DNA of 64,000 nucleotides from a virus (IMGVR_UViG_3300025390_000003:32001-96000); one strand, 5' to 3'. Numbered from the stretch's first letter, positions 30,864 through 40,861 are shown. The notes: generated by a model from the letters alone, not told the origin. Numbers and translations are program-made.

Positions 30864-31391
30864 TTACTGTAATTTATACGCTCTCCAATAATGATATGCA
30901 AGAGTCGCAGGAATAGTAACAACAGTTCCCGCATCTTTAATGTCATAATTTGCTGTTGCAATATTTGTCACATAAGCACCATATAATCTATAACTACGTA
31001 TTGCTTGGTTTTGTTTGTTCATTAAACGTAAATCAATAAGAGATTCTGGCCCCGCAATATTATAATTTCCAGTGCTTGTCGCATCATCAAAAGTCGCAAT
31101 TTGATTTGCCTCTAATGCACTACGTATATCATATTTCGCATCACATCTAAAAGTAACTTGATATCCCGCAGACCCTGGATATTTTGCAGTCCCTGGAACA
31201 TTAAAATCCAATCCCATGAAAGGAACTGCAACATTATTAATTGCTCTATCTGGCAATACTGCGCTCTCAACATACACAAAATCATCCTCATTCAAAATTA
31301 CAGTACCTAATTGATAAAGTCTAAATTGAAATTGACGAGCGAAATCTCTTTCTTGCGAAACCCTATAGAAATCTGAAATATTTTGTGACAT
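30864..31391 (-). CDS. gp19: Tail tube protein
   Basis: FARQFQF, SAVLPDR....VPFMG...NVPG, YRLYGAY, TLAYHYW. Confidence 0.9.
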   Translation of the reverse strand: MSQNISDFYRVSQERDFARQFQFRLYQLGTVILNEDDFVYVESAVLPDRAINNVAVPFMGLDFNVPGTAKYPGSAGYQVTFRCDAKYDIRSALEANQIATFDDATSTGNYNIAGPESLIDLRLMNKQNQAIRSYRLYGAYVTNIATANYDIKDAGTVVTIPATLAYHYWRAYKLQ

Positions 31392-31432
31392 ATACTATTA
31401 TTTATCATAGAAGTATTATTTTCTTTGACTTT

Positions 31433-33553
31433 TTATAAATTTTTATTACTGGTATTAGAATTCCACTCAAAAACATAATTACCACAATCATAAATCTTTA
31501 AATATCCCGCATTTTTCATGTTTTCCTCCGCTGTTTTATTTGGATCGAAATTACTCCCCAATCTTTTTGCCAACATATGCTTCTGAAACCCTACTCTATG
31601 TAACAACCTATCTCTTATTCTTGATGTAAAATACCAAAAATTAGGTGGAGAAATTCTAAGTAAATCGAATCCCAATTTATTATAAAGCCCCCCATTACTA
31701 TATCGCCTGTTCGCATAACTTATTATTTTTTGTGGATTATATGATCTTATAAAATATGAAAACAATTTAGACGCACCACCAACAACACAAGTATTCTGTT
31801 TGCAGCAATATCTCATCAATTCTAAAGTTGGTTTTGATCCAGTAATTTTTCTACTACCAAATGTCATAACTGATATTAATTCATCAGTTTTCTTATCAAA
31901 CAGCCCTATTTTATATTTTGAATTATCCTTCCCTTGTATATGATGCTCTATTAAAAACATATTCTTTGTATTATTATCAATATCTTTCACATAACAATTC
32001 CTAGCGAATATTTTATTTTTATATATTCCTAATTTACTAAGTATTATAGATTTCACCAATTCTTTTGAAGTGTTCCATTCATTTTCAAATATGTGAATAA
32101 GTTGTATCCCCAATTTTTCGCACATTTTAGTTTTATTTATATGATATTTATTTTCTTTGTGTTCGCTACTATGCCAATATAATCCATCAAATTCTATTGC
32201 CACCCATTTTTCTGGAATGTATATATCAAGTTCTAATGGTGGTATTATTCTTTTACTGCTCGTTATGATATCAAATGTTGTAAATGATTTTAACATATCA
32301 CTTATTTCAATTTCTGGTTTGGATATTGATATTTTACTACATCTTGGACATCTAACATCAAATGCAACCTCTCTGGTATACACAAATTCACAAATACTGC
32401 ATTTAAAATCTATCTCTCCAGTAGATATATAATGAGATTTATCAGTTAACATTTTTTCCGTTCTATTCTGCATTCTATCTTCCCAAATATCAAAACTCTT
32501 ATCTCGAATAGATATTATTGCATTTTTTCGATTTCTTTCTACATTTACCTTTGCTGAACAATTTACAGAACAACATTCAGAATATCCTTTATCAAATGTA
32601 TTAAATCTGACAATTTTATCATTACAATAACTACATATCGGGATACTATCAAGATTATTGTGTAGTAAATATATCCGTTCATTAAATTTTATATTTTTTC
32701 TTTGTATGTTTCTTGTATGATATATGATACTCTTATACAATCGTAAATCTAAATTGAATATACTTGTATAAAATGAGTGTGATGTAACTTTATCAACCCA
32801 TCCTTTTATACCTTTTATTGTATCTTCCTTAGATAGAAATTCACAACTTTCTGATAATTTAGCTGCTTTATTTTTTTTATGCTCTATTTGAATGCAATTA
32901 AAATTTTTACATTTCCCATAGCCTTTTTGTATGGATAAAAATGGTAATATTTCATTACAATTTTCACACTTACACTTTTTTGTATTATGTATCATCAAAT
33001 ATATACCTTCACTAAAATCTTCAGAATATTTTTTAATTACAAAATTATACCACTTTGGATGTTTATATATAAAATGCACCTTTAAATCGTTTAATGATCT
33101 ATTAGAAATATACGATAGAATATCTTTTTCAACTACAGTAGAAATATCCGTTTTTAAAGCATCATCGATTAACCCCCTTTGAATATCTGAAGAACATATA
33201 TTTAATCCCTTTCTAGTATTCCCTCTTCTAATTAACATTTCAGTGTCTTTATGTGTGCATTTCTTCGAGCAATATTTATTGTATTCCCATTTTCTATTTA
33301 CACCAAATATTGGAATAACATTACCGCACGATTTACACAACGGAAGGGTTTTCATATCACATACATAATGATACAACAATTGTGATTTATTAATAATATC
33401 TAAATTATTATACTTCCCAAAATTTATAATATCATTCTCTAATGTTATATATTTTTTATATAACTCTTTTAAAAAAAATTGTTTATGTATTTTTCTATAC
33501 TCGATAACTTGTTGTTTATCTAAAACCTCATATAATTCAGTTTTCATATACAT
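31433..33553 (-). CDS. Hef-like free-standing homing endonuclease (Zn-finger repeats, PD-(D/E)XK-type nuclease, GNAT-like C-terminus)
   Basis: ELDIYIPE..VAIEFDGLYWHS, KIFARNC, GGASKL and KIYDCG motifs; inserted between gp18 and gp19. Confidence 0.8.
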   Translation of the reverse strand: MYMKTELYEVLDKQQVIEYRKIHKQFFLKELYKKYITLENDIINFGKYNNLDIINKSQLLYHYVCDMKTLPLCKSCGNVIPIFGVNRKWEYNKYCSKKCTHKDTEMLIRRGNTRKGLNICSSDIQRGLIDDALKTDISTVVEKDILSYISNRSLNDLKVHFIYKHPKWYNFVIKKYSEDFSEGIYLMIHNTKKCKCENCNEILPFLSIQKGYGKCKNFNCIQIEHKKNKAAKLSESCEFLSKEDTIKGIKGWVDKVTSHSFYTSIFNLDLRLYKSIIYHTRNIQRKNIKFNERIYLLHNNLDSIPICSYCNDKIVRFNTFDKGYSECCSVNCSAKVNVERNRKNAIISIRDKSFDIWEDRMQNRTEKMLTDKSHYISTGEIDFKCSICEFVYTREVAFDVRCPRCSKISISKPEIEISDMLKSFTTFDIITSSKRIIPPLELDIYIPEKWVAIEFDGLYWHSSEHKENKYHINKTKMCEKLGIQLIHIFENEWNTSKELVKSIILSKLGIYKNKIFARNCYVKDIDNNTKNMFLIEHHIQGKDNSKYKIGLFDKKTDELISVMTFGSRKITGSKPTLELMRYCCKQNTCVVGGASKLFSYFIRSYNPQKIISYANRRYSNGGLYNKLGFDLLRISPPNFWYFTSRIRDRLLHRVGFQKHMLAKRLGSNFDPNKTAEENMKNAGYLKIYDCGNYVFEWNSNTSNKNL

Positions 33554-33584
33554 ATAATTATCACATTTTTACATTATAACAACA

Positions 33585-33619
33585 AAAACGCTACTAATAA
33601 AAAATATTAGTAGCGTTTT
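33585..33619 (-). terminator. Intrinsic terminator after the tail sheath gene
   Basis: aaaacgctactaata / tattagtagcgtttt. Confidence 0.8.
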
Positions 33620-33642
33620 GATATTTTATCTAATTTCTGATA

Positions 33643-35760
33643 TTACCCAACCAATTCTTGGAAGTTTTGGCTGGTTCTAGTAGCCACGAAATTTATTAGG
33701 ATAAATTCTGCTGCCCTAACTGGCTTTAAATATATATCCACATGCAATTCATTTGCATCGATAGAATCCGGGGTGTTGTTCCTAGAGTCGCAAACCACCA
33801 AATAATCGTATACCCCTTGAGTGTTCTTTGCGTTTTCAAATATTGGTGTTAATGCATTTACAACTCTGGTTCTAGTGAAATCTGTGTTTGGTTCAAACAC
33901 AAAGTATTTCATTATATCCTGTGTGGATTTTTCAAGAGATAGGAACAATCTACGAACATTTACACGATCAAAAGCGGATGGTTTCTTTTGAAGGGTTTTT
34001 TGTCCGTATACCACATATCCATCATTAGGGAAGAACACCACTGGATTAATAGAAATAGTATATAAGAAATCTCTTTGTTTCTGGTTAGGATTGAAAGCGA
34101 TATCTGTAATACCTTTAACTATTCCTCTAGTAAGACCAGCAGGAGCAATCCAAGGGTATGTTGCTTTATCAGAATTTGCGTATATATTAGCAGCAAATCC
34201 AGAGAAAGGACACCAGAATTGTTTATCAGAATTTGCATCATACACTTTAACCCAATTTCCGTAGGTAGCAGCATAATTACTATTCGTTCCACCAAATAAG
34301 GTTTTCAATGGAGTATAAACATTTTGAGAAAAGGTATTTCCAGGAATTGAAACTATCTTTGTATCACTACCATTAATAAAGATTTGGCGTAATGGATCAA
34401 CAATAATCATACAATCCTTTCTGGTTTCGCTAGTGAAAGCATCATATAATCCATAAACTGAAGACCAAGATTGATAACATGGTGCGAAAGCAGAAGATAA
34501 TTGAGTGATGTCAACATACACAGAATCATCATATATTCCACTTACTGCATTTGCTGCTATTGTAGTAAGACCCGCATCAACAACGATATCTAATGGATAA
34601 ATTTCAGGATTATCCACTAAAGAAAGAGCGCGATCAACTTTACTAGCAACATTTCCAATATCGTTATAGTTTACATTAGAAACTACTGGAGTATAAACAC
34701 CTTCTGCAAACAATGCTTTAGCGGAACCATCAACACTAACAGAGGATAATGGATTGTTTGTGCTTAAGCTTGTCCAAGAAGTGTGTTTAGATATTGCAGG
34801 ATTCACAAGCAATGTCAAATTTGAAGAACTATTATTAACAATATCCGACAAGTAGAAAGAGCGAGGAATACCACCTTGGGATGTTGATGTTTTCTTATTC
34901 GCATCCAAAGAACCGATACGACTTTCAACTAATGATATTGACAACATTTGTGGATCATATATGGATTGACGAACTTTAAATAAATTCAAAATCAAACTGT
35001 CTTGATAATATGAATCACCGAAATCGAATAATGGAGTAGTTTCAATTATTTCAGATACAGAATTGTTACTTCCTCCGATATTAGAACCAGAAAGATTAAA
35101 CGCCAACTTAGATGTTGGTAATGTATACCAATTTGTTAATGTATCGCCAGTATTCACTAAACTATACATACTAGTCACAGCAGTAAATGAAGTATCAGGT
35201 CCTAAGTCTGTATTATCTTTCAGAGAAATGTAATATCCCTCGAAAATATCGTTAATCGTTGTTTGGCTATCGTTGATTATGATAATACCCGCGTTTGCAT
35301 TAACAGTATCCCATGATGCTGCTGTTGTTGAGCTTGAAATGCTACTCCATGCAAAATTATTCTGTGCTAATTGATTATATTCAGCATTGCTTAAAGTATA
35401 TTGAGATGGGTTTCCTATTGTAAATCCCCCTGTTGAAGATGCGACAGGATAGAATAATGCACTATAGCTATCAGAAAATCCTAATCCAGCAGCGGAACCA
35501 TAGGGTAAACGTGTGGTTAATAAATTTCCTGCGGATTGCACGACTTGTTTTGCAGATTGATAAAAATATCTTTCTGCTGCATTTGTAGGAAGACCGAAAA
35601 TCTGTTCAAATTCCGAAATAGTGGAAATAGAAACAACTTCGTCCGTAGGTCCTTGGGAAGCAAACCCCATAACATATACATTAGTTCCTACCACTGTTTG
35701 AGTAGTATCGGATAAGTCAATTTCTGTGATTTGAACACCTGGTGAATTAATAGTTCTCAT
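33643..35760 (-). CDS. gp18: Contractile tail sheath protein
   Basis: SPGVQITEIDLS, PWIAPAGLTRG, SAFDRVNVRRLF, FVFEPN, KPVRAAEFI. Confidence 0.97.
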   Translation of the reverse strand: MRTINSPGVQITEIDLSDTTQTVVGTNVYVMGFASQGPTDEVVSISTISEFEQIFGLPTNAAERYFYQSAKQVVQSAGNLLTTRLPYGSAAGLGFSDSYSALFYPVASSTGGFTIGNPSQYTLSNAEYNQLAQNNFAWSSISSSTTAASWDTVNANAGIIIINDSQTTINDIFEGYYISLKDNTDLGPDTSFTAVTSMYSLVNTGDTLTNWYTLPTSKLAFNLSGSNIGGSNNSVSEIIETTPLFDFGDSYYQDSLILNLFKVRQSIYDPQMLSISLVESRIGSLDANKKTSTSQGGIPRSFYLSDIVNNSSSNLTLLVNPAISKHTSWTSLSTNNPLSSVSVDGSAKALFAEGVYTPVVSNVNYNDIGNVASKVDRALSLVDNPEIYPLDIVVDAGLTTIAANAVSGIYDDSVYVDITQLSSAFAPCYQSWSSVYGLYDAFTSETRKDCMIIVDPLRQIFINGSDTKIVSIPGNTFSQNVYTPLKTLFGGTNSNYAATYGNWVKVYDANSDKQFWCPFSGFAANIYANSDKATYPWIAPAGLTRGIVKGITDIAFNPNQKQRDFLYTISINPVVFFPNDGYVVYGQKTLQKKPSAFDRVNVRRLFLSLEKSTQDIMKYFVFEPNTDFTRTRVVNALTPIFENAKNTQGVYDYLVVCDSRNNTPDSIDANELHVDIYLKPVRAAEFILINFVATRTSQNFQELVG

Positions 35761-35802
35761 ATTTATATTATTATTTATGCTTTTTCAACTATTTTTATGA
35801 GG

Positions 35803-36381
35803 CTATAACAGAGAAGGTGTCAATAAATTAAAGTTGACCCTACTAAATTGGAAGGTAACAGTAGATTCTATCCAGTCATTAGTTCTATTATCATACGTAA
35901 TTCCACCTAATCCAGTAATAAAAGCATTTACATATACCCAAGATGCAATTTTTTGATTATATTCATCTAACGCATAAACAGAAAAAGAAGTTTGATATTC
36001 GGGTGTCATACTAGTTTTTGATGTTGTAGGACTTCCACCATAAATACTTCCATCCGCAGTATTCAAAACATTCAACCATTGCCATAACACATAATAGTTC
36101 ACAAATTTATTGTCTACCACAAAATTTATTGTAATTGGTTCATAATTTGGGCGAGTGTAGCTACTAATATTTGATACCTGCCCACCAAAAGGTAAAGCAA
36201 TAGAAGGAACTGCAATCGTTGGAACTACTGTACCATACACACTAAAATTTAAAGTATCTAATCCATTCGGAATAGACAAATTAGGCGTATTCTTCATAAC
36301 AATAGGTAAATCCAATACAAGTAAAAATTTGTCTTTACTTGCCCTATTAAGCACCGATTGTTCAGTTGGATTTACGTTCAT
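35803..36381 (-). CDS. Tail completion/tube terminator (gp3-like)
   Basis: YEPITINFVVD..FVNY..LWQW tube-family motif. Confidence 0.65.
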   Translation of the reverse strand: MNVNPTEQSVLNRASKDKFLLVLDLPIVMKNTPNLSIPNGLDTLNFSVYGTVVPTIAVPSIALPFGGQVSNISSYTRPNYEPITINFVVDNKFVNYYVLWQWLNVLNTADGSIYGGSPTTSKTSMTPEYQTSFSVYALDEYNQKIASWVYVNAFITGLGGITYDNRTNDWIESTVTFQFSRVNFNLLTPSLL

Positions 36382-36396
36382 TTGTATTATTTAACT

Positions 36397-38670
36397 TTAT
36401 GGTTGATATATAGTAAACCCAAGTTCCATTAATCCATCAATATCCAAATCATCCGTATGTAAATCATTACCACCCATTATTGGTTGATATTTTTGTGGGG
36501 TATTTGGTTTAGGATAATTTGATGGAACTATTATTTCTCCTGTCGTGAGGTCTTTTAATGAATATAACGTATCATCAGTATATTCCATATCAGTTCTCGA
36601 TACTTTCAATGGTTTATTCTGATCATCAAATTCATCTACAGTAAAGTATTGTTGGCATACATCAGTTTCTAATACAAATAATGCCCAAACTAATGCCATA
36701 ACAAAATCATCTCTGTGTTTATCCGTCTTTTTGCGATACGTTCCATTCGGATATTTCACGAAGGTTTCAAATTCTGATATTGTATCATCATCATTTATTT
36801 TAACCGCATGTAAGAAATTAATCCAATACCTCAAATTACTAACAGCATTAAAACGTAAATTATTGTGACTAAAAATTCCCAAATGTCTTGTATTTTTTCT
36901 TCCATCAGTGCTAGAAGTTTTGCTATAACTTACAATTTTATCATAATAATGGGTGTGAACTAATGCATCCAATATCTGCGCACCACAATTATTTCTTTCT
37001 ATCAATAAAGGCGGATTTCCCCAAGATGCTGCCAAATTCACCAATCTATTCGCAAAATGATATGGTTCTAACACATTTGTTCCATATACCGCAACTTGTT
37101 TAATTTCTGTCAAATCCGTAATATCTAAAACTTGAGCGGTTGATGCAGCCCTTCCAATACCTTCCCCAACATCAACACCAATAACATATATCCTATCTTT
37201 ATCAGGCATCTCATACACTTTATATGTAGAATCTGATGATGCCCATAAAGTAGGTTTCTTATTGGTTTTAAACTCCTCTATAACCTCCGCACCCACTGCA
37301 CCATCCGAAGAGTCTAAGAATTTATTTCCAAATTCCTGCTCAAATGCTGCTTCTGACCCCAAAGCTGAAATCATACCCGCTTTCCATTTTTCATTTCTAC
37401 CAGGAACATCCCACCAATCAATCCTTTCAGTCTTCCAATCATTCTTCCCCTTTTCTGCATCACTATAAATTTCGTAAAATTTATTAAAAACCCCATTTGG
37501 CGTGCTCACCATGAAAATTTTAGTTTTTTTACCGGATGATACTGTAGGAATTACAGACTTCCAAAATTCCTCCATCAAATGTGTATTATGACTTAATACA
37601 TCATTCGTATAATATTTATTTCCTTTTTTAACATCAACTAAATCATAAACAAAATCTTCACTGTCTTTTGTTATATATTCTACTTTTGTTACTCCTGTTT
37701 TAGTTTTTATATATTTATTTACTGCGTTTTTTGCAAATATTTTCCTTCCTGATTTAGAAATAAAACAATGATTAGGAGATACTACTATACTATTACCACC
37801 TTCAAAACACACCTTTATTAATTTGCGGCGGGAATACTCAGCAACACCACTGAAATCCGACCAACCATTATGCGTTAATACCTCCCATTCTTCATTTTCT
37901 TCGTATCTAATTAAATCTGCGTTCATCTGCACAGAAGTTTTGAAAAACAAATCAGCAATTTCTACAATTTTTGTTTCGCCCGTTATTTTATTTCTCAAAT
38001 CAACTTTAGTATTTCTATTGACACAATCAATAAATGCTGCTTCATCGATCACCAAAATACTTGCTGTATCCCCGCGAGCAGCAGTAGATGTAGTAGTTGA
38101 TATACCAATACTACTACCGTTCGCAAAAACACAACCAGTTTTTCCCCATTCCTTAATACCAGGTTTTAAATAGTTGGGTAATAATTCATATGCAAGTCGT
38201 ATCTTTTTAAAAATATTAATTGCAGTGTTTTCTTTATTTGCGACAATCATTACTCGTTGATCATCCAAAAAACATGTATTCCATAATGCATATACCGTAG
38301 TAAGTGTTGTATTATGACTTAGAATACCATTAGAAAAATATGTATGTTTATCGGATTTTAAAGAAACGTCATACATGTTTTCTGGTGGTAACTCTAATTT
38401 TTCCACACTTCTTACAATCTCAACACCAGTTTCTGTAATAATTTTATCTCCAACTTCTAAATCATAAACATATATTTCTTCTCCATTTTCGCCAATTACT
38501 ATATGCTCATCCGCACATTCTAAAAAATAATTATCCGTCTCTAATTTCCAAACATCATAAGGAATCGTCTTATGAACGGCTTCTATATCTTCCCATCCAC
38601 TATCCGTCCAAATTTCGTAATTATCTACACTACGAGTATCTATAATCTTTTCATCACTAATATCAATCAT
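36397..38670 (-). CDS. gp17: Terminase large subunit C-terminal part: split-intein IntC, ATPase with mini-intein, nuclease domain
   Basis: Starts with a HINT C-part ending SNGILSHN|TT; VIDEAAFI Walker B, STPNG, FEQEF, IGVDVGEG, HRDDFV. Confidence 0.95.
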   Translation of the reverse strand: MIDISDEKIIDTRSVDNYEIWTDSGWEDIEAVHKTIPYDVWKLETDNYFLECADEHIVIGENGEEIYVYDLEVGDKIITETGVEIVRSVEKLELPPENMYDVSLKSDKHTYFSNGILSHNTTLTTVYALWNTCFLDDQRVMIVANKENTAINIFKKIRLAYELLPNYLKPGIKEWGKTGCVFANGSSIGISTTTSTAARGDTASILVIDEAAFIDCVNRNTKVDLRNKITGETKIVEIADLFFKTSVQMNADLIRYEENEEWEVLTHNGWSDFSGVAEYSRRKLIKVCFEGGNSIVVSPNHCFISKSGRKIFAKNAVNKYIKTKTGVTKVEYITKDSEDFVYDLVDVKKGNKYYTNDVLSHNTHLMEEFWKSVIPTVSSGKKTKIFMVSTPNGVFNKFYEIYSDAEKGKNDWKTERIDWWDVPGRNEKWKAGMISALGSEAAFEQEFGNKFLDSSDGAVGAEVIEEFKTNKKPTLWASSDSTYKVYEMPDKDRIYVIGVDVGEGIGRAASTAQVLDITDLTEIKQVAVYGTNVLEPYHFANRLVNLAASWGNPPLLIERNNCGAQILDALVHTHYYDKIVSYSKTSSTDGRKNTRHLGIFSHNNLRFNAVSNLRYWINFLHAVKINDDDTISEFETFVKYPNGTYRKKTDKHRDDFVMALVWALFVLETDVCQQYFTVDEFDDQNKPLKVSRTDMEYTDDTLYSLKDLTTGEIIVPSNYPKPNTPQKYQPIMGGNDLHTDDLDIDGLMELGFTIYQP
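37585..38025 (-). mobile_element. 147-aa contiguous mini-intein just after the TerL Walker B motif
   Basis: DEAAFID|CVNRNT...VSPNH...VYDL...YYTNDVLSHN|THL. Confidence 0.92.
38311..38670 (-). mobile_element. Split intein C-fragment (120 aa)
   Basis: ECADEH block B, MYDV block F, SNGILSHN|T block G; no N-terminal Cys block. Confidence 0.92.
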
Positions 38671-38681
38671 TATAATTTTAT

Positions 38682-39944
38682 TTAATCATTATGAATAAAA
38701 TCTAAACAATCTTGTAATATCTTTTGCTTGTCTTTATAATACTCCAATTCTTTAACATTAAAAACTTTACATTTTAATGTTTTTACTATTTCATCTTCCC
38801 GCATTTGATCATTTTCTACTCTATAATTAACTTGTTTATTTGCAATACTATGCCAATACGCACCATTAAATTCTATGACTTTGTTTACATCTTTAATATA
38901 AAAATCTAATGATCTACTAGTTTTATGTGTCTTTACTTTATATTCGTGATTCTTTCCGTCCGTTGATATATTACCGTCATATATAGTCGCAAAATAAATT
39001 TCTTTGTATTCGGATTTTATATTATCGTATATATTCCAAAATAACTCTTGTGATACCTTGGAATAATTTTGTTTTGGAAATGATGTCAACCATTTTTCTG
39101 TTATCCCCTTTCGAATTTCTATTGCTTTGGTTTTGTTGCATCCACTTCGCTTCATAATAGCATCTATAGAATTTGTAGTCTGTCGTTCTCTTAACTTCTG
39201 TATGGCTTCTTCTTCAGTAAACCCCATCTTAGTCCAATATCCCTTTTGTGTAGAATTACATTGCGTGTCTTGTATGGTTTTACTAATCGCTTCACCACAG
39301 TCACTTCTGTTATTATATTTGTTATGATAATTCACACCACAACTAGTATTATAACAAAATTTATTATATCCCTCCCAAATACTATTAAATTTCATTAAAT
39401 TGCCACACCATAAACATTTTCCCAATTCATTAGTTTTTTGTATATGTTTATGATAATATGATTCTTCTGAATCATGAACGTCTTTAATATGTTTCGATAA
39501 ATCTTCTTTTCTATAATATGAAATTCCACATTCTTTACATACAATATTAAAATTTTCTGGTAAAAGCTTTCCACTTTTTATTTTTTTCTGTTGATTACTA
39601 TGAGTAATACAACACGCTCCAACTGCAATCATACTAAATGGTATTAAATTTTTACATGAAACCAAACAGCATTTAGTTTTCGATAATACATATTTATTAT
39701 AAATTTCTTCTTTGTTGTGTGTCGTCTTGTTAAGAGATACTGATATATCCTTCCATCCTTCAAAATAAGAATTCAATTCTTCAACAAAAATATAAGAATG
39801 TAATAATTCTTTGGTTTTGTTTATATCTCTGTTATTTTGTTTATACAATTTTCTAACTAACGACCCCGCAAATAATCCATAGGTTTTATGTTGAAATTCC
39901 GTTAATTTTAATCCAGTTACTTTACAAATATAGGTTTTGTCCAT
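38682..39944 (-). CDS. Free-standing homing endonuclease between the two terL halves (start probably MDKTY)
   Basis: C2H2-like CKECG...HIKDVH, CLWC module, SLDFYI...VIEFNGAYWHS nuclease motif; TAAATA 5 nt before ATG 39944. Confidence 0.8.
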   Translation of the reverse strand: MDKTYICKVTGLKLTEFQHKTYGLFAGSLVRKLYKQNNRDINKTKELLHSYIFVEELNSYFEGWKDISVSLNKTTHNKEEIYNKYVLSKTKCCLVSCKNLIPFSMIAVGACCITHSNQQKKIKSGKLLPENFNIVCKECGISYYRKEDLSKHIKDVHDSEESYYHKHIQKTNELGKCLWCGNLMKFNSIWEGYNKFCYNTSCGVNYHNKYNNRSDCGEAISKTIQDTQCNSTQKGYWTKMGFTEEEAIQKLRERQTTNSIDAIMKRSGCNKTKAIEIRKGITEKWLTSFPKQNYSKVSQELFWNIYDNIKSEYKEIYFATIYDGNISTDGKNHEYKVKTHKTSRSLDFYIKDVNKVIEFNGAYWHSIANKQVNYRVENDQMREDEIVKTLKCKVFNVKELEYYKDKQKILQDCLDFIHND

Positions 39945-39986
39945 ACCTATATTTATCATAAATTAAGTAAATGTCCAACTTGAAAT

Positions 39987-40424
39987 TCATCCAACACGTT
40001 TATAAAAATTTTCTATCGTAACCTCTTCAGTTTCAAGTGTTTGTTTATTCCGAATAGTTAACATAACACCACATTTAAGGCATTTACCTACTTGTCTTGA
40101 TGCTAAGACCGTAACGAACCGGTTCTTCGCTAGGCTTTTTAATACTCTTTTTTGAGCAGGGTAGAGTTCTATTTTTTCTTTACCTCTGTCGATATTTACG
40201 ATATAGAAATGTTTTTCAGCGAAGTGTGTGATATCTTCCTTACATTTTTTCATTTCCTTTACCATTGCAGGAGTGAACGCAAATTGTGCATTCTCTCTTG
40301 GTAATTTTTTATCTCCTCTATAGTATTGTCTATCACCTATAGGGTTTTCGTTAATTACATCATCTTCAATCTCTTTAACATCCTCTAGATAAGAATCTTC
40401 TGGACATGTGTTATCATCACTCAT
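39987..40424 (-). CDS. gp17: Terminase large subunit N-terminal part ending in split-intein IntN
   Basis: EMKKCKEDITHFAE, LYPAQ, ASRQVGK (Walker A) then CLKCG...*. Confidence 0.93.
   Translation of the reverse strand: MSDDNTCPEDSYLEDVKEIEDDVINENPIGDRQYYRGDKKLPRENAQFAFTPAMVKEMKKCKEDITHFAEKHFYIVNIDRGKEKIELYPAQKRVLKSLAKNRFVTVLASRQVGKCLKCGVMLTIRNKQTLETEEVTIENFYKRVG
39990..40082 (-). mobile_element. Split intein N-fragment (31 aa)
   Basis: GK|CLKCGVMLTIRNKQTLETEEVTIENFYKRVG* matches the block A pattern. Confidence 0.88.
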
Positions 40425-40445
40425 ATTAGTTTTATTTAACTAATA

Positions 40446-40850
40446 TTAGATATCTTCTTCTAGATTTCCACCTTCTCCCATACCGCCTTGTTCTGGATTA
40501 AAGATATTAAACATTGTGCAGCGCAAGTTTTCTAGTAATGCATCTCTATCTTGAGCGTTCGCAGCATGCATCATAAAAACCTTATCACCGTGTAGATCAT
40601 ATCCGATAGTCATATATGCTTTTAAGTATTCTGTGGTGATGTTATTTAATTGTGCGATATCGTCACTTCTATCTTTTTCTATTGAGACTTTATCATAGAA
40701 TTGGATAAAAGCTTGTTTGATTAAGCTTTGCACATCAGCATCTACGGTAGGGGGAACATTTTCAGGAACTATTTTTTTAGTTTCTGTTTTTTTACGACTA
40801 ATCTTTTTTTTCCCTGTCATTTTATTTTTATTTGGGTCATTAGCAGACAT
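40446..40850 (-). CDS. Hypothetical protein
   Basis: 134 aa, TAAATA upstream. Confidence 0.7.
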   Translation of the reverse strand: MSANDPNKNKMTGKKKISRKKTETKKIVPENVPPTVDADVQSLIKQAFIQFYDKVSIEKDRSDDIAQLNNITTEYLKAYMTIGYDLHGDKVFMMHAANAQDRDALLENLRCTMFNIFNPEQGGMGEGGNLEEDI

Positions 40851-40861
40851 AGCATCTACTA

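Noticed and set aside
38671-39986. Group I intron as the explanation for the split terL
   Set aside because: Intergenic gaps are only about 10-40 nt, too short for a ribozyme core, and intein motifs explain both junctions
39960-39989. Readthrough fusing TerL-N to the in-frame endonuclease
   Set aside because: The TGA is followed seven codons later by TAA, and the endonuclease has its own TAAATA box
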